Assembly: GCA_947624995.1 (NCBI GenBank)
Contig: CANQMS010000009.1
Location: forward strand, 6,882-70,881
Length of the DNA stretch: 64,000 nucleotides
Source: an uncultured Clostridia bacterium
GTDB lineage: Bacteria; Bacillota; Clostridia; Oscillospirales; CAG-272
Direction: 5' to 3'
A program made the translations under genes and the position numbers. This document shows, one piece after another, positions 43,528-52,280 of this stretch. Position 1 is the stretch's first letter; the number at the start of each line of letters is the position of its first letter. The notes below the pieces were generated by a model. That model was not told the DNA's origin, searched no databases, and saw only the letters and a list, made by a program, of their open reading frames with translations.

Positions 43528-45930
43528 TCACCTATCCCTGAGCGCGATGCCGAGCTCGTCCGAGAGGGCGCGGAGCATTTTTTCGGTGACCTTATCGGCG
43601 TCCTCGGTTGTGAGCGTGCGGTCGGCGGCGCGGAGCGTGACCCTGATCGAGACGCTCTTTCTGCCGGCGCCGACCTGAATGCCGCGGTAGACGTCGACGA
43701 CGACAGCGTCCTCGACGAGCTTGCCGCCCGCCTTTATGCAGACCTCCTCGATGCTGCCCGCCTCGAGCTCCTCGCTGCAGGAAAACGAGAAATCGCGCGT
43801 GATCGACGGATACTTCGGGAGGTGGCGGAACTCGACGTGAGTTTCGCGGAGCCCGAACACGCGGTCGATGTCGATCTCGGCGGCGTAAATATCGCCGGAC
43901 AGACCGAAGTTTGCCGCAGCCTCGGGATGAACGGCGCCGAGCGTAGCGAGCACCTCTCCCTCGCGGACGATGCGCGCGCAGCGCCCGGGGTGGTAGGACG
44001 GCTCATCCGTCACGGTGACGGTCTTATATCCCGAAACGCCCGCGAACATGAAGACGCGCTCGACTATCCCTTTGAGGTCGAAGAAGTCGCCGCTCGAATA
44101 CGAGCCGATGACGAGGACGCGGCGCTCGTCCGGCAGCGTGTCGGGCGAGGTCGGAATATAGACGGTGGCAAGCTCGTACATCGCCGCCGAGGCGTTTTTG
44201 TGGTTTTGGTTGTGCGACAGGACCTCGAGCATTGAGGGCAGCGCCGTCGTCCGCATGACGGAGGTGTCGAGCCCGAGCGGGTTCGAGATCACGACCGAAG
44301 TGCGGCGCGGGTCGTCCTTCGGCAGGCGGATCATGTCATAGGAGCGCGGTCCGATGAAGGAGAACATCGTCGCCTCCCAAAGCCCCATCCCGCAGAGCAG
44401 GGAGTGGAGCTCCTCGTCGAAGCGCTGGCGCTCGGTGCGACCGCCCTCCGCGATGCGCATCAGCGGCAGCGTCGTTTCGACCTCGTTGTAGCCGTGCATA
44501 CGTATCACTTCCTCGGCGATATCGCTCATGCACTCGACGTCGCCGCGCCATGACGGGACCGTGATAGTGTCGCCGTCGACGCGGAAGGAGAGCTTTTCGA
44601 GGATGTTTTTCATATAATCGCGGTCGAGGCTGACGCCGAGGAACGCGTTTATGCGGTCGGGCTCAAATTTGACCGTGCGCACCGGGCGCTTGCCCGGGTA
44701 TTCGTCGATGACGCCGTCGACAACGTCGCCCGCGTCGAGCAGGCGGACGAGCTCGCACGCGCGCAGGAGCGCGGGCATCGCGTTTTCGGGGTCCATGCCC
44801 TTTTCGAACCTGCCGGAGCTCTCCGTGCGGATGCCCATCGCCCTTGAGGTGCGGCGGACGGAGACGCCGTCAAAGTTCGCGGACTCGAAGATGACGGTGT
44901 GCGTGTCGTCGCGGATCTCGCTGTTCGCGCCGCCCATGACGCCCGCGAGGGCGACCGGCTTGTGCTCGTCCGCGATGACGAGCATCGAGGAGGTGAGCGG
45001 CGTGTCCTCGGCGTTAATGTCGAGGGAGCGGTAGAGCTCGCCGTCGGCAGCGCGGCGGACGCGGATGTGGGCGCCGTCGAGGCAGCCGTAGTCAAACGCG
45101 TGCATCGGCTGACCGTATTCGAGCATGACGTAGTTCGTGATGTCGACGATGTTGTTTATCGGGCGGACGCCGAGCGCGCGCAGCCGCATCCTCATCCAGA
45201 GCGGGGAGGGCGCGATGCGGACGTTCTTGACCGCCTTCGCGCAGTAGCGCGGGCAGAGGTCGGGCGCCTCGATATCGACCTTTACATAGTTTTCGACGCT
45301 GTCGCCGTCGCCGACGGGCGGGACCTCGGGCGTCGGGATATGATACGGGCGGTCAAAGCTGACGGCAGCCTCCTTCGCCAGTCCGATGACGGAGAGGCAG
45401 TCGGGGCGGTTCGGCGTGATCTCGTAGTCGAAGACGACGTCGGAGAGCAGCAGCGCCTCGCGGATGTCGTCACCGACCTTGTCGGCGAATTCGTCGCCGA
45501 GGATGAGGATGCCGTTGTTGTCGGCGCCGGGCATATCGTGGCTCGTGAGCCCGAGCTCGCCGATCGAGCAGAGCATCCCGTCCGAGGGGAGCCCGCGCAG
45601 CTTGCCGGACTTGATCTTCACGCCGCCGGGGAGCGACGCCGGAGCCTTCGCCGCGGGGACGACGGCGCCCTCAAAGACATTCTGCGCGCCGGTGATGATC
45701 TGACGGGGAGACTCTTCTCCTACGTCGACCAGACAGACGAGCAGGTGATCGGAGTCCGGGTGCTTTTCTATTTTTGTTATGCGGGCGACGACGACATTTT
45801 CGATGTCCTCCGCGAGCCGCTCGAAGCACTCGACCTTGCTGCCCGTGTCTGTCATGCGGTCCGCAAAGCGCTTCGGGTCTATGTCGGATACGTGTGTGAA
45901 ATCCTCACACCAGCGATAAGAAAGTTTCAT
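43528..45930 (-). CDS. pheT: phenylalanine--tRNA ligase beta subunit
   Basis: 800 aa. N-terminal tRNA-binding (OB) domain, then B3/4, B5 and FDX-ACB regions. MKLSYRWCEDFT... is a typical start. Confidence 0.95.
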   Translation of the reverse strand: MKLSYRWCEDFTHVSDIDPKRFADRMTDTGSKVECFERLAEDIENVVVARITKIEKHPDSDHLLVCLVDVGEESPRQIITGAQNVFEGAVVPAAKAPASLPGGVKIKSGKLRGLPSDGMLCSIGELGLTSHDMPGADNNGILILGDEFADKVGDDIREALLLSDVVFDYEITPNRPDCLSVIGLAKEAAVSFDRPYHIPTPEVPPVGDGDSVENYVKVDIEAPDLCPRYCAKAVKNVRIAPSPLWMRMRLRALGVRPINNIVDITNYVMLEYGQPMHAFDYGCLDGAHIRVRRAADGELYRSLDINAEDTPLTSSMLVIADEHKPVALAGVMGGANSEIRDDTHTVIFESANFDGVSVRRTSRAMGIRTESSGRFEKGMDPENAMPALLRACELVRLLDAGDVVDGVIDEYPGKRPVRTVKFEPDRINAFLGVSLDRDYMKNILEKLSFRVDGDTITVPSWRGDVECMSDIAEEVIRMHGYNEVETTLPLMRIAEGGRTERQRFDEELHSLLCGMGLWEATMFSFIGPRSYDMIRLPKDDPRRTSVVISNPLGLDTSVMRTTALPSMLEVLSHNQNHKNASAAMYELATVYIPTSPDTLPDERRVLVIGSYSSGDFFDLKGIVERVFMFAGVSGYKTVTVTDEPSYHPGRCARIVREGEVLATLGAVHPEAAANFGLSGDIYAAEIDIDRVFGLRETHVEFRHLPKYPSITRDFSFSCSEELEAGSIEEVCIKAGGKLVEDAVVVDVYRGIQVGAGRKSVSIRVTLRAADRTLTTEDADKVTEKMLRALSDELGIALRDR

Positions 45931-45954
45931 TATATATGTGTCTCCTTTCCGCTC

Positions 45955-46968
45955 TCAGAACTGACCGAGGAAGCGCAGGTCGTTTTCGTACAAGAGGCGC
46001 ATGTCGTCTATGTGGTACTTGAGCATCGTGACGCGCTCGATGCCGATGCCGAACGCAAAGCCGCTGTAAACGTCCGGGTCGATGCCGCAGCCGCGCAGCA
46101 CGTTCGGATGGACCATGCCGCAGCCGAGCACCTCGATCCAGCCCTCATTCTTGCAGAGGCGGCAGCCCTCGCCGCCGCAGACGAAGCACGAGACGTCGAC
46201 CTCGGCGGACGGCTCCGTGTACGGGAAATGGTGCGGGCGGAAGCGGATGCGCGTGTTCTCGCCGAAGAGCCCCTTCGCGAACGCGAGCAGCGTCCCGCGC
46301 AGATCCCCCATCGTGATCCCGCGGTCGACGACGAGACCCTCGACCTGATGGAAGAGCGGGGAATGCGTCGCGTCGACCTCGTCGGAGCGGTAGACGCGCC
46401 CGGGCGAGATTATGCGGATCGGCGGCTTTGTCTTCTCCATCGTGCGGATCTGGACGCCGGAGGTCTGCGAGCGGAGCAGGATCTTGTCTGTGATGTAGAA
46501 GGTGTCCTGCGTGTCGCGCGCGGGGTGACCCTCGGGCATGTTGAGCGCCTGGAAGTTGTAGTAGTCGAGCTCGACCTCGGGTCCGTCAACGATCGTAAAG
46601 CCCATGCCGAGGAATATGTCCTCCATGTCGCGCTGCGTCTGCGAGAGGGGGTGCCTGCCGCCGACGGCGGGCAGGCGCGCGGGCATCGTGACGTCGAGGC
46701 GCTCGGCGCGGAGCTTTTCCGCCTTCGCCTCAGCCTCGCGCTCCGCCTTCAGGCGGGCGATCTCGCCCTCGATGAAGGCGCGGACCTCGTTTGCAAGCGC
46801 GCCGATCGCGGGGCGCTCCTCGGGCGGCAGCGCGCCCATTCCGCGCGTTACCGCGGTCAGCTCGCCCTTTTTGCCGAGGTAGCGGACGCGCAGCTCCTCA
46901 AGATCCGAGGACGCCGAGCGGAGCGCCGCCTCAGCTTCCTTTTTTATTGAAAGAAGCTTTTCTTTCAT
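45955..46968 (-). CDS. pheS: phenylalanine--tRNA ligase alpha subunit
   Basis: Start set at [16 protein letters not shown]... (338 aa). Class II motifs present: [37 protein letters not shown]. Confidence 0.93.
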   Translation of the reverse strand: MKEKLLSIKKEAEAALRSASSDLEELRVRYLGKKGELTAVTRGMGALPPEERPAIGALANEVRAFIEGEIARLKAEREAEAKAEKLRAERLDVTMPARLPAVGGRHPLSQTQRDMEDIFLGMGFTIVDGPEVELDYYNFQALNMPEGHPARDTQDTFYITDKILLRSQTSGVQIRTMEKTKPPIRIISPGRVYRSDEVDATHSPLFHQVEGLVVDRGITMGDLRGTLLAFAKGLFGENTRIRFRPHHFPYTEPSAEVDVSCFVCGGEGCRLCKNEGWIEVLGCGMVHPNVLRGCGIDPDVYSGFAFGIGIERVTMLKYHIDDMRLLYENDLRFLGQF

Positions 46969-46984
46969 TATGATTCTTCCTTTC

Positions 46985-47270
46985 GGTTTTGATATAAATA
47001 TATCGGATATAAAAAAACCGCCCCATAGAGGACGGGACGGAGCTTTTTCGCTTCGCGGTACCACCCGGATTCCCGCACGTGTACGGGCGCCTTCGAGCGG
47101 TCTGTAACGGGACCTGCCGCCGCACGCTACTCATGATTTCACGCGCGGAGCTCCGGGGCGAAGTGCCGACCGCCTGCGTTATGCGCCCGTCTCAGCCGCG
47201 GGGCGCTCTCTGGAATAACGCGTGTGACGGGGGCTGTCCCCATCTCTGCTTTTATTTTTTATATTATTAT
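46985..47270 (-). promoter_or_regulatory. T-box riboswitch leader, Phe specifier (UUC)
   Basis: On the minus strand: an AGAGA stem I element, a GGCAC-UUC-GCC specifier context (UUC at 47162-47160), the T-box sequence GGGTGGTACCGCG (47066-47054), and terminator CCGTCCC...GGGGCGG plus U7 (47040-47011). Confidence 0.85.
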
Positions 47271-47281
47271 ATTATGTGCGT

Positions 47282-47310
47282 ATTTTACCACGCGCGCGCC
47301 CGGTTGTCAA
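47282..47310 (-). promoter_or_regulatory. pheST promoter (TTGACA-17-TAAAAT)
   Basis: On the minus strand, TTGACA at 47310-47305, a 17-nt spacer, and TAAAAT at 47287-47282 preceded by TGG. Confidence 0.65.
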
Positions 47311-47426
47311 GTGGCGCGGAAAAAAAGACGGCATATATTGCCGGCTGAAGGGGGATCATTGCCGACCGTGCGAGGCGCGCCCCCGGGGGCGTGCCTCGCA
47401 CGGTCCGATCGCAGTTTTTGCTTACG

Positions 47427-49001
47427 TCAGCCTTTGGCGGAGACGATGACTGTCGTCACCGACTCGGCGGGGATGACGACGGGAGTGTCGGTACCCGCGT
47501 ATTCGGTGCAATACGTCTCGCGCAGGCTGTACGACTTGTTCGTGACGACGGTCGAGATCCTGTTGTAGCCGTCGCCGAGACCGTCGACGCCGATGTTGAT
47601 GTCTTCCTTGTTACTGTTGACGAGCACGATTACGATTTCGTCCTCGCCGTTTTCGTTTTTGCCCTCGTAGGCGGAGGCGACGATGACGCCGGTCTCAAAG
47701 CCGCAGTCGACGCGGACGTAGCCGCGGTCGATGTAGCGGCTGTAATTGCCGAGCGCCCAGAGGCGCTTCGGGACGGTGACGTTGTTGCCGGAGGCGTCCG
47801 TGTATATGAGTCCGTCGCGGTAGTCGTAGCAGGAGACCGCGATCCAGTACTGCCACGAGACGCAGTCGAGGATCGTCATGTCCTCCTGCACCGTGCGTGC
47901 GAGGACGAGCGCGGAATCCATCGTCGTGTCGCGCCCGTTCGTCATCTCGCACCACTCGGACTGGCGGTACTTGAGGTTCGGCGCGATCTTGTCCATCTGC
48001 GCGCGGAACGCCTTCTTCGTGTTCGTCTCGGTCCAGTAGGAGTGGTTGTCGATCGCGCTCATGTGCTCGGAGAGAAATTTATCAGCCGCGATCATGCGGT
48101 TGAACTCGAGCGTGTCCGGGTTCCAGCTACCGCCCTCGGGACCGGAGATCTCGACTCCCTCGAGCCCGGGGCGTTTTTCGACCTCTTCGATGAATTTGGT
48201 CAGGATATTGACGATCTCGCGGTTGTCATAATGGCAGCCCTCCTGACCCCAGACGTTTTCGGGCGGATAGTTCCAGAAATACTGGGGCTCGTTTATCGGG
48301 GAGATGAACTTTATCGGGAGCCCTTCCTCCTTGAAGTGCTCGGCGACGTCGAGGACGTATTTCGCGAATTCGTCGTAGTTATCGGGGGAGAGGTTGCTCC
48401 GCTCGGTGTCCGCGTAAGTGCGCCCGTTCACTGTCAGGCGCTCGAGCGGGCTGTTGACGAACATGACGATCTCGTCCGCGCCGAGCTCGGCGGCGCGGCG
48501 CATCATCCAGACGGCGCCCTTGTCGCGGTCCCAGTCGTAGACGCCGGGCGATTTTTCAAAGCTGTATGTGCGGCGCCACACGTCGCCGATGGACTGGCTG
48601 TGCGAGCCCGCGTCGCGGCTGCCGCCGCCGATGTTGTAGCGGTAGCAGTTGAGACCGATGCCGTCCTCGGGGTCGAAGAGCAGCGTCGCTATGCGCTCGC
48701 GCGTGCTCTCGTTCGTGCCGATGATCTGCGCCCACCACGCGCCGGAAGCGCCGAAGCTCTCGACGGTCTGATGCTTTTTCGACGTGTCGACCGTTAGCGT
48801 CTTGACGTTGTCGAGCTTCAGCGGGTCGTCGAGCTCCTCGGGCTCGGTCGTCACAGTCGCCGAATCGTCGGATGCTGCCGTGTCATCCCCGCCGCCGGTA
48901 TTGTCCGCGCAGGCGATCAGCGCGAGGATGAGGGTCAGCGCAAGGATAAGTATCAGGATCTTTTTCATAAACGGCTCCTTTTTTGCCGAATTTTTTGTCA
49001 C
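47427..49001 (-). CDS. GH30-family glycoside hydrolase lipoprotein (paralogue A)
   Basis: 524 aa. Lipobox LALIAC. QTVESFGASGAWW and a TIM-barrel plus beta-sandwich layout are reminiscent of GH30 (beta-1,6-glucanase/xylanase-like). Confidence 0.6.
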   Translation of the reverse strand: MTKNSAKKEPFMKKILILILALTLILALIACADNTGGGDDTAASDDSATVTTEPEELDDPLKLDNVKTLTVDTSKKHQTVESFGASGAWWAQIIGTNESTRERIATLLFDPEDGIGLNCYRYNIGGGSRDAGSHSQSIGDVWRRTYSFEKSPGVYDWDRDKGAVWMMRRAAELGADEIVMFVNSPLERLTVNGRTYADTERSNLSPDNYDEFAKYVLDVAEHFKEEGLPIKFISPINEPQYFWNYPPENVWGQEGCHYDNREIVNILTKFIEEVEKRPGLEGVEISGPEGGSWNPDTLEFNRMIAADKFLSEHMSAIDNHSYWTETNTKKAFRAQMDKIAPNLKYRQSEWCEMTNGRDTTMDSALVLARTVQEDMTILDCVSWQYWIAVSCYDYRDGLIYTDASGNNVTVPKRLWALGNYSRYIDRGYVRVDCGFETGVIVASAYEGKNENGEDEIVIVLVNSNKEDINIGVDGLGDGYNRISTVVTNKSYSLRETYCTEYAGTDTPVVIPAESVTTVIVSAKG

Positions 49002-49152
49002 TGTCTACAATTATACATATATTCCTCCGCCGTGTCAATACCGGGCTGCGGACATGGACGGCGGCGAGGGCGGCAAATTCGGCGGCGAGGGCAAAAATGA
49101 GGGAAAGCGAAAAAGCGAGAGGGCAAAAGAGCGAAAAAGCCGATAAAAAGCG

Positions 49153-49178
49153 CGGGCGCCCGGAATTCCGGGCGCCCG
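49153..49178. terminator. bidirectional terminator hairpin
   Basis: CGGGCGCCCGG-AATT-CCGGGCGCCCG, an 11-bp perfect palindrome, with T-runs on both strands. Confidence 0.65.
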
Positions 49179-49199
49179 TTGGGTCTTTTTGCCGTATTA

Positions 49200-50759
49200 T
49201 TATTTTCCGCTGATGATGACGGTCGTGACGGACGTCGTCGGGATCGTGACGGCGGTGCCTTCGAGGAACTCGGCGTGGTACATTTCCTTCATGCTCCTCG
49301 ACTTGCTCGTGACGATCTCCGTGATCCTCGTGAACTTCGAGGTGTCGATGCCGGAGAAATCAATGTTGATGTCGCCCTTCGCCTCGTTTATGAACACGAG
49401 GACGATCTCGTCGACGCCGTCCTCGTTCTTGCCCGTGTAGGCGGAGACGGAGAGCCCGGGCGCGCCGGATGTGCAGTCGACGCGGACGTAACCGCGGTCG
49501 ATGTACTTGCTGTACTGACCGAGCGTGTAATATCTCTTCGGCAGCGTCGTCGAGGTCCCGTTCGGCTCGGTGTATATGAGCCCGTCGCGGTAGTCGCCGA
49601 AGCTGACAGCCGTCCAGAACGACCAGGAGACGCAGTCGAGGATCGTCATGTCCTCGTGGACCTGCTTTGCGAGAACGATGCCGGACTCGATCGTCGGATC
49701 CTTTTCGTTCTTCATGTCGCCCGTTGTCATCTCGCACCACTCAGTCTCGCGCAGGCGGATGTTCGGGTACTGCTTTCTGAAATGATTTGCGAAATTGGTC
49801 TTCGCAGCCGTCGTCGACCAGTATGAGTGGGCGTCGAGCGACTGGAAGTAATTGCCGAGGACGTCGTCCTTCATGATGCGCAGGCAGAGCCCGAGCGTGT
49901 CGTCCTCGTAGCGGCTGCCGGGAACATTCCTCCAGCTGCTCCCCTCGGGACCGGAGATCTCGACGCCCTCGAGGTCGGAGCGCGCCTCTATCGCCTCAAC
50001 GAACGCGCGCAGGCAGGCGACGACCTCCGCGTCCTCATAATGGCAGCCTTCCTGACCGCCCGCCCATTCGAACGCGGGCTCGTTTATCGGGGAGACATAC
50101 TTTATCGGGAGCCCCTCTTCCTTGAAGTGAGCGGCTACGTCGAGGACGTATTTCGCAAACGCCGCGTAGTTCTCGGGGGCGATGTTCGTCTTGAAGCCGG
50201 GGTCGCCCGCCGCCATGCCGTTCTTCGTCAGCCTCTCGAGCGGGCTGTTGCAGAACATGACGATCTCGTCGACGCCGAGCTCGACCGCCTTGCGCATGAA
50301 CCAGACCGCGTTCGCGTCGCGGTCCCAGTCATAGACGCCGGGGTCCGTTTCAAAGCTGTATGTACGGCGGTTTATGTCTGTGATCAACGCCGCGCTCTTC
50401 GAGCCCGCGTCCTTGCTGCCGGCGCCGATGTTGTAGCGGTAGCTGTTGAGCCCTATGCCCTCTTCGTCGTCAAAGAGCAGCTTCGCGATCTTTTCGCGCG
50501 TTTTCTCGTTGCCGCCGACAACCTGCGACCACCAGCATCCGGACGCGCCGAAGCTCTCGATAGTCTGATGCGTCTTTGAGGTGTCAACGGTGACCGTCGA
50601 CAGATTGTCCAGCTTCAGCTGTTCGTCGAGTTCCTCTCCTCCGCTCGGGGCAGCCGTCCCGCTGTCGGGTCCCGTCGTCTCGTCGCCGCCGTTTCCTGTG
50701 CAGGCGATGAGGGTGAGGATGACGATGAGCGAAAGTATCAGGATCAGTAACTTTTTCAT
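49200..50759 (-). CDS. GH30-family glycoside hydrolase lipoprotein (paralogue B)
   Basis: 519 aa. Lipobox LTLIAC. Collinear with paralogue A (QTIESFGASGCWW..., DEIVMFCNSPLERLT..., EGLPIKYVSPINEP...). Confidence 0.6.
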   Translation of the reverse strand: MKKLLILILSLIVILTLIACTGNGGDETTGPDSGTAAPSGGEELDEQLKLDNLSTVTVDTSKTHQTIESFGASGCWWSQVVGGNEKTREKIAKLLFDDEEGIGLNSYRYNIGAGSKDAGSKSAALITDINRRTYSFETDPGVYDWDRDANAVWFMRKAVELGVDEIVMFCNSPLERLTKNGMAAGDPGFKTNIAPENYAAFAKYVLDVAAHFKEEGLPIKYVSPINEPAFEWAGGQEGCHYEDAEVVACLRAFVEAIEARSDLEGVEISGPEGSSWRNVPGSRYEDDTLGLCLRIMKDDVLGNYFQSLDAHSYWSTTAAKTNFANHFRKQYPNIRLRETEWCEMTTGDMKNEKDPTIESGIVLAKQVHEDMTILDCVSWSFWTAVSFGDYRDGLIYTEPNGTSTTLPKRYYTLGQYSKYIDRGYVRVDCTSGAPGLSVSAYTGKNEDGVDEIVLVFINEAKGDINIDFSGIDTSKFTRITEIVTSKSRSMKEMYHAEFLEGTAVTIPTTSVTTVIISGK

Positions 50760-50849
50760 GTCTTTACCTCTGAATTTAACATTGTAACAATATTATACGA
50801 TCATATGCGGCGCGTGTCAAGGAGATTTATGCGCTTTAATTCATTTTCG

Positions 50850-52109
50850 TCACGTTTGGCGCGCTTTTTTGTGCTTTTCGCCGAGGAGGCGGCGCAGCTC
50901 CGCCGCGGCTGCGCTCTTCGGTATGTCGTAGACGTCGGTCATTATCCTGATCCCGTACAGCTCCGCGCGCTCGCGGACGCTCTTTATCCTCTGCGGCGGG
51001 ATGGTTCCGTCGCGCCCGTCGAGCGCGGGGGCGACGAGGACCGCGATCTTTTCGCTGCCGCCGAACTGCTCCGTCACGGCGGCGAATTTATACAGCTCCT
51101 CCGAGCCGACGCGCCCGTTCTTGCACGAGATGAAAACCGGGATCGGTCCGAGTGTGAAAATGCAGTCGATCTCGTTGTCGGAGCTGCCCTCCTCCCCGTC
51201 GAACGACAGGTACACGCCGGAGACGGCGCGCACGTCCGGCGAAAGCTCGCAGGCGACGGAGTTCATGTACAGCTCGAGCAGCGCCCCGGCGCTGCGCAGG
51301 CACGCGGCGACCGCGTACGAGCGGCAGCGGTACCATCGGCGCGACGGGTCCCCGCCGCGCGGAAACAGCGCGCCGGAGGCGACAAGGTCGGCGAGCAGGT
51401 TCGAGACGGCGCGTATTTTATATTCGTTCCCGTTCACGTAGAGGTCGAGCGAGCGCTCGCCGCGCATATGGATCCTGTCGGGGACGAGGTCGTTCCACGT
51501 GCGCCGCGAGCGGCGCAGCATCGCGCTCCAGACGCGCCCGGTGTCGGCGGAGATCTCCGCGGGCGTCATCCCCTTTGCGAGCAGGTCGGCGACGGTCGAG
51601 CGTTCGAGGACGCCGCCGTATATGCGTATGCACTCCTCGACCGAGAGGGCGACTCTGGCGCGCTCCTCGTCCGTGAAGTGGTGGATGACGGTCTCCGAGC
51701 CGTCGCCCGTGCGGCTGTATTCGGTGATCTTCCCGTCCGCGAAGTCTATGCGGATCGAGGAGAAGCCGCCGGGGGAGGTGCCGTACACGTAGCCGGCGGC
51801 GAGGTAGAGCTCGGGCGTCCCGCCCTCGACGTCGAGGACGGCGCCCTCGTCCGCGAACGCGTCTATGACGCAGGCGAGCTCCATTATGTCCGAGGTGTGC
51901 GTCTCGACGAACTCGACCCTCTCGGGGACAGCTCCGCGCGACTCCCAGAGGCGGCGGTACGCATCCTTATATTTGTCGTAGACGGCGGAGGCGTGCTCCG
52001 GCACGATGAAGACGACGCGGCGCGGGCGCAGGAGCAGCACGCCGAGCGCGTTGTAGATATGTGTGTCGGGGTCGTAGAGCTCGACGAGCGTGTCTGTCTT
52101 TTCAAGCAT
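50850..52109 (-). CDS. Card1/Can2-like protein: N-terminal CARF-like Rossmann domain plus C-terminal DUF1887-type PD-(D/E)xK nuclease
   Basis: 419 aa from ATG 52109 (GAGGCAGAGGA about 8 nt upstream). The C-terminal DNEIDCIFTLGPIPVFISCKNG...ELYKFAAVTEQFGG matches the (D/E)-x-D...(E/S)-C-K nuclease core of DUF1887/Card1. The N-terminus LVELYDPDTHIYNALGVLLLRPRRVVFIVPE is CARF-like. The 826-aa ORF in the track is a chimera with an antisense shadow. Confidence 0.6.
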   Translation of the reverse strand: MLEKTDTLVELYDPDTHIYNALGVLLLRPRRVVFIVPEHASAVYDKYKDAYRRLWESRGAVPERVEFVETHTSDIMELACVIDAFADEGAVLDVEGGTPELYLAAGYVYGTSPGGFSSIRIDFADGKITEYSRTGDGSETVIHHFTDEERARVALSVEECIRIYGGVLERSTVADLLAKGMTPAEISADTGRVWSAMLRRSRRTWNDLVPDRIHMRGERSLDLYVNGNEYKIRAVSNLLADLVASGALFPRGGDPSRRWYRCRSYAVAACLRSAGALLELYMNSVACELSPDVRAVSGVYLSFDGEEGSSDNEIDCIFTLGPIPVFISCKNGRVGSEELYKFAAVTEQFGGSEKIAVLVAPALDGRDGTIPPQRIKSVRERAELYGIRIMTDVYDIPKSAAAAELRRLLGEKHKKARQT

Positions 52110-52220
52110 ATTTATGTTCCTCTGCCTCATGCATTTCGGGTCACGGTTCAAGTATACACCATTTCCGCCCAAAAATAAAGTACCCGCGCGCTTTTTGCTC
52201 ACCGTTTTGCCCGGGAGCGC

Positions 52221-52249
52221 TTGACAAACGGCGCCGGCTGCCGTAAAAT
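52221..52249 (+). promoter_or_regulatory. consensus promoter (TTGACA-17-TAAAAT) for the large GH-like gene
   Basis: TTGACA at 52221-52226, a 17-nt spacer, and TAAAAT at 52244-52249. Confidence 0.65.
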
Positions 52250-52280
52250 TGCAGTGAAAGAAAAAGTCAGGGAGCATGTT

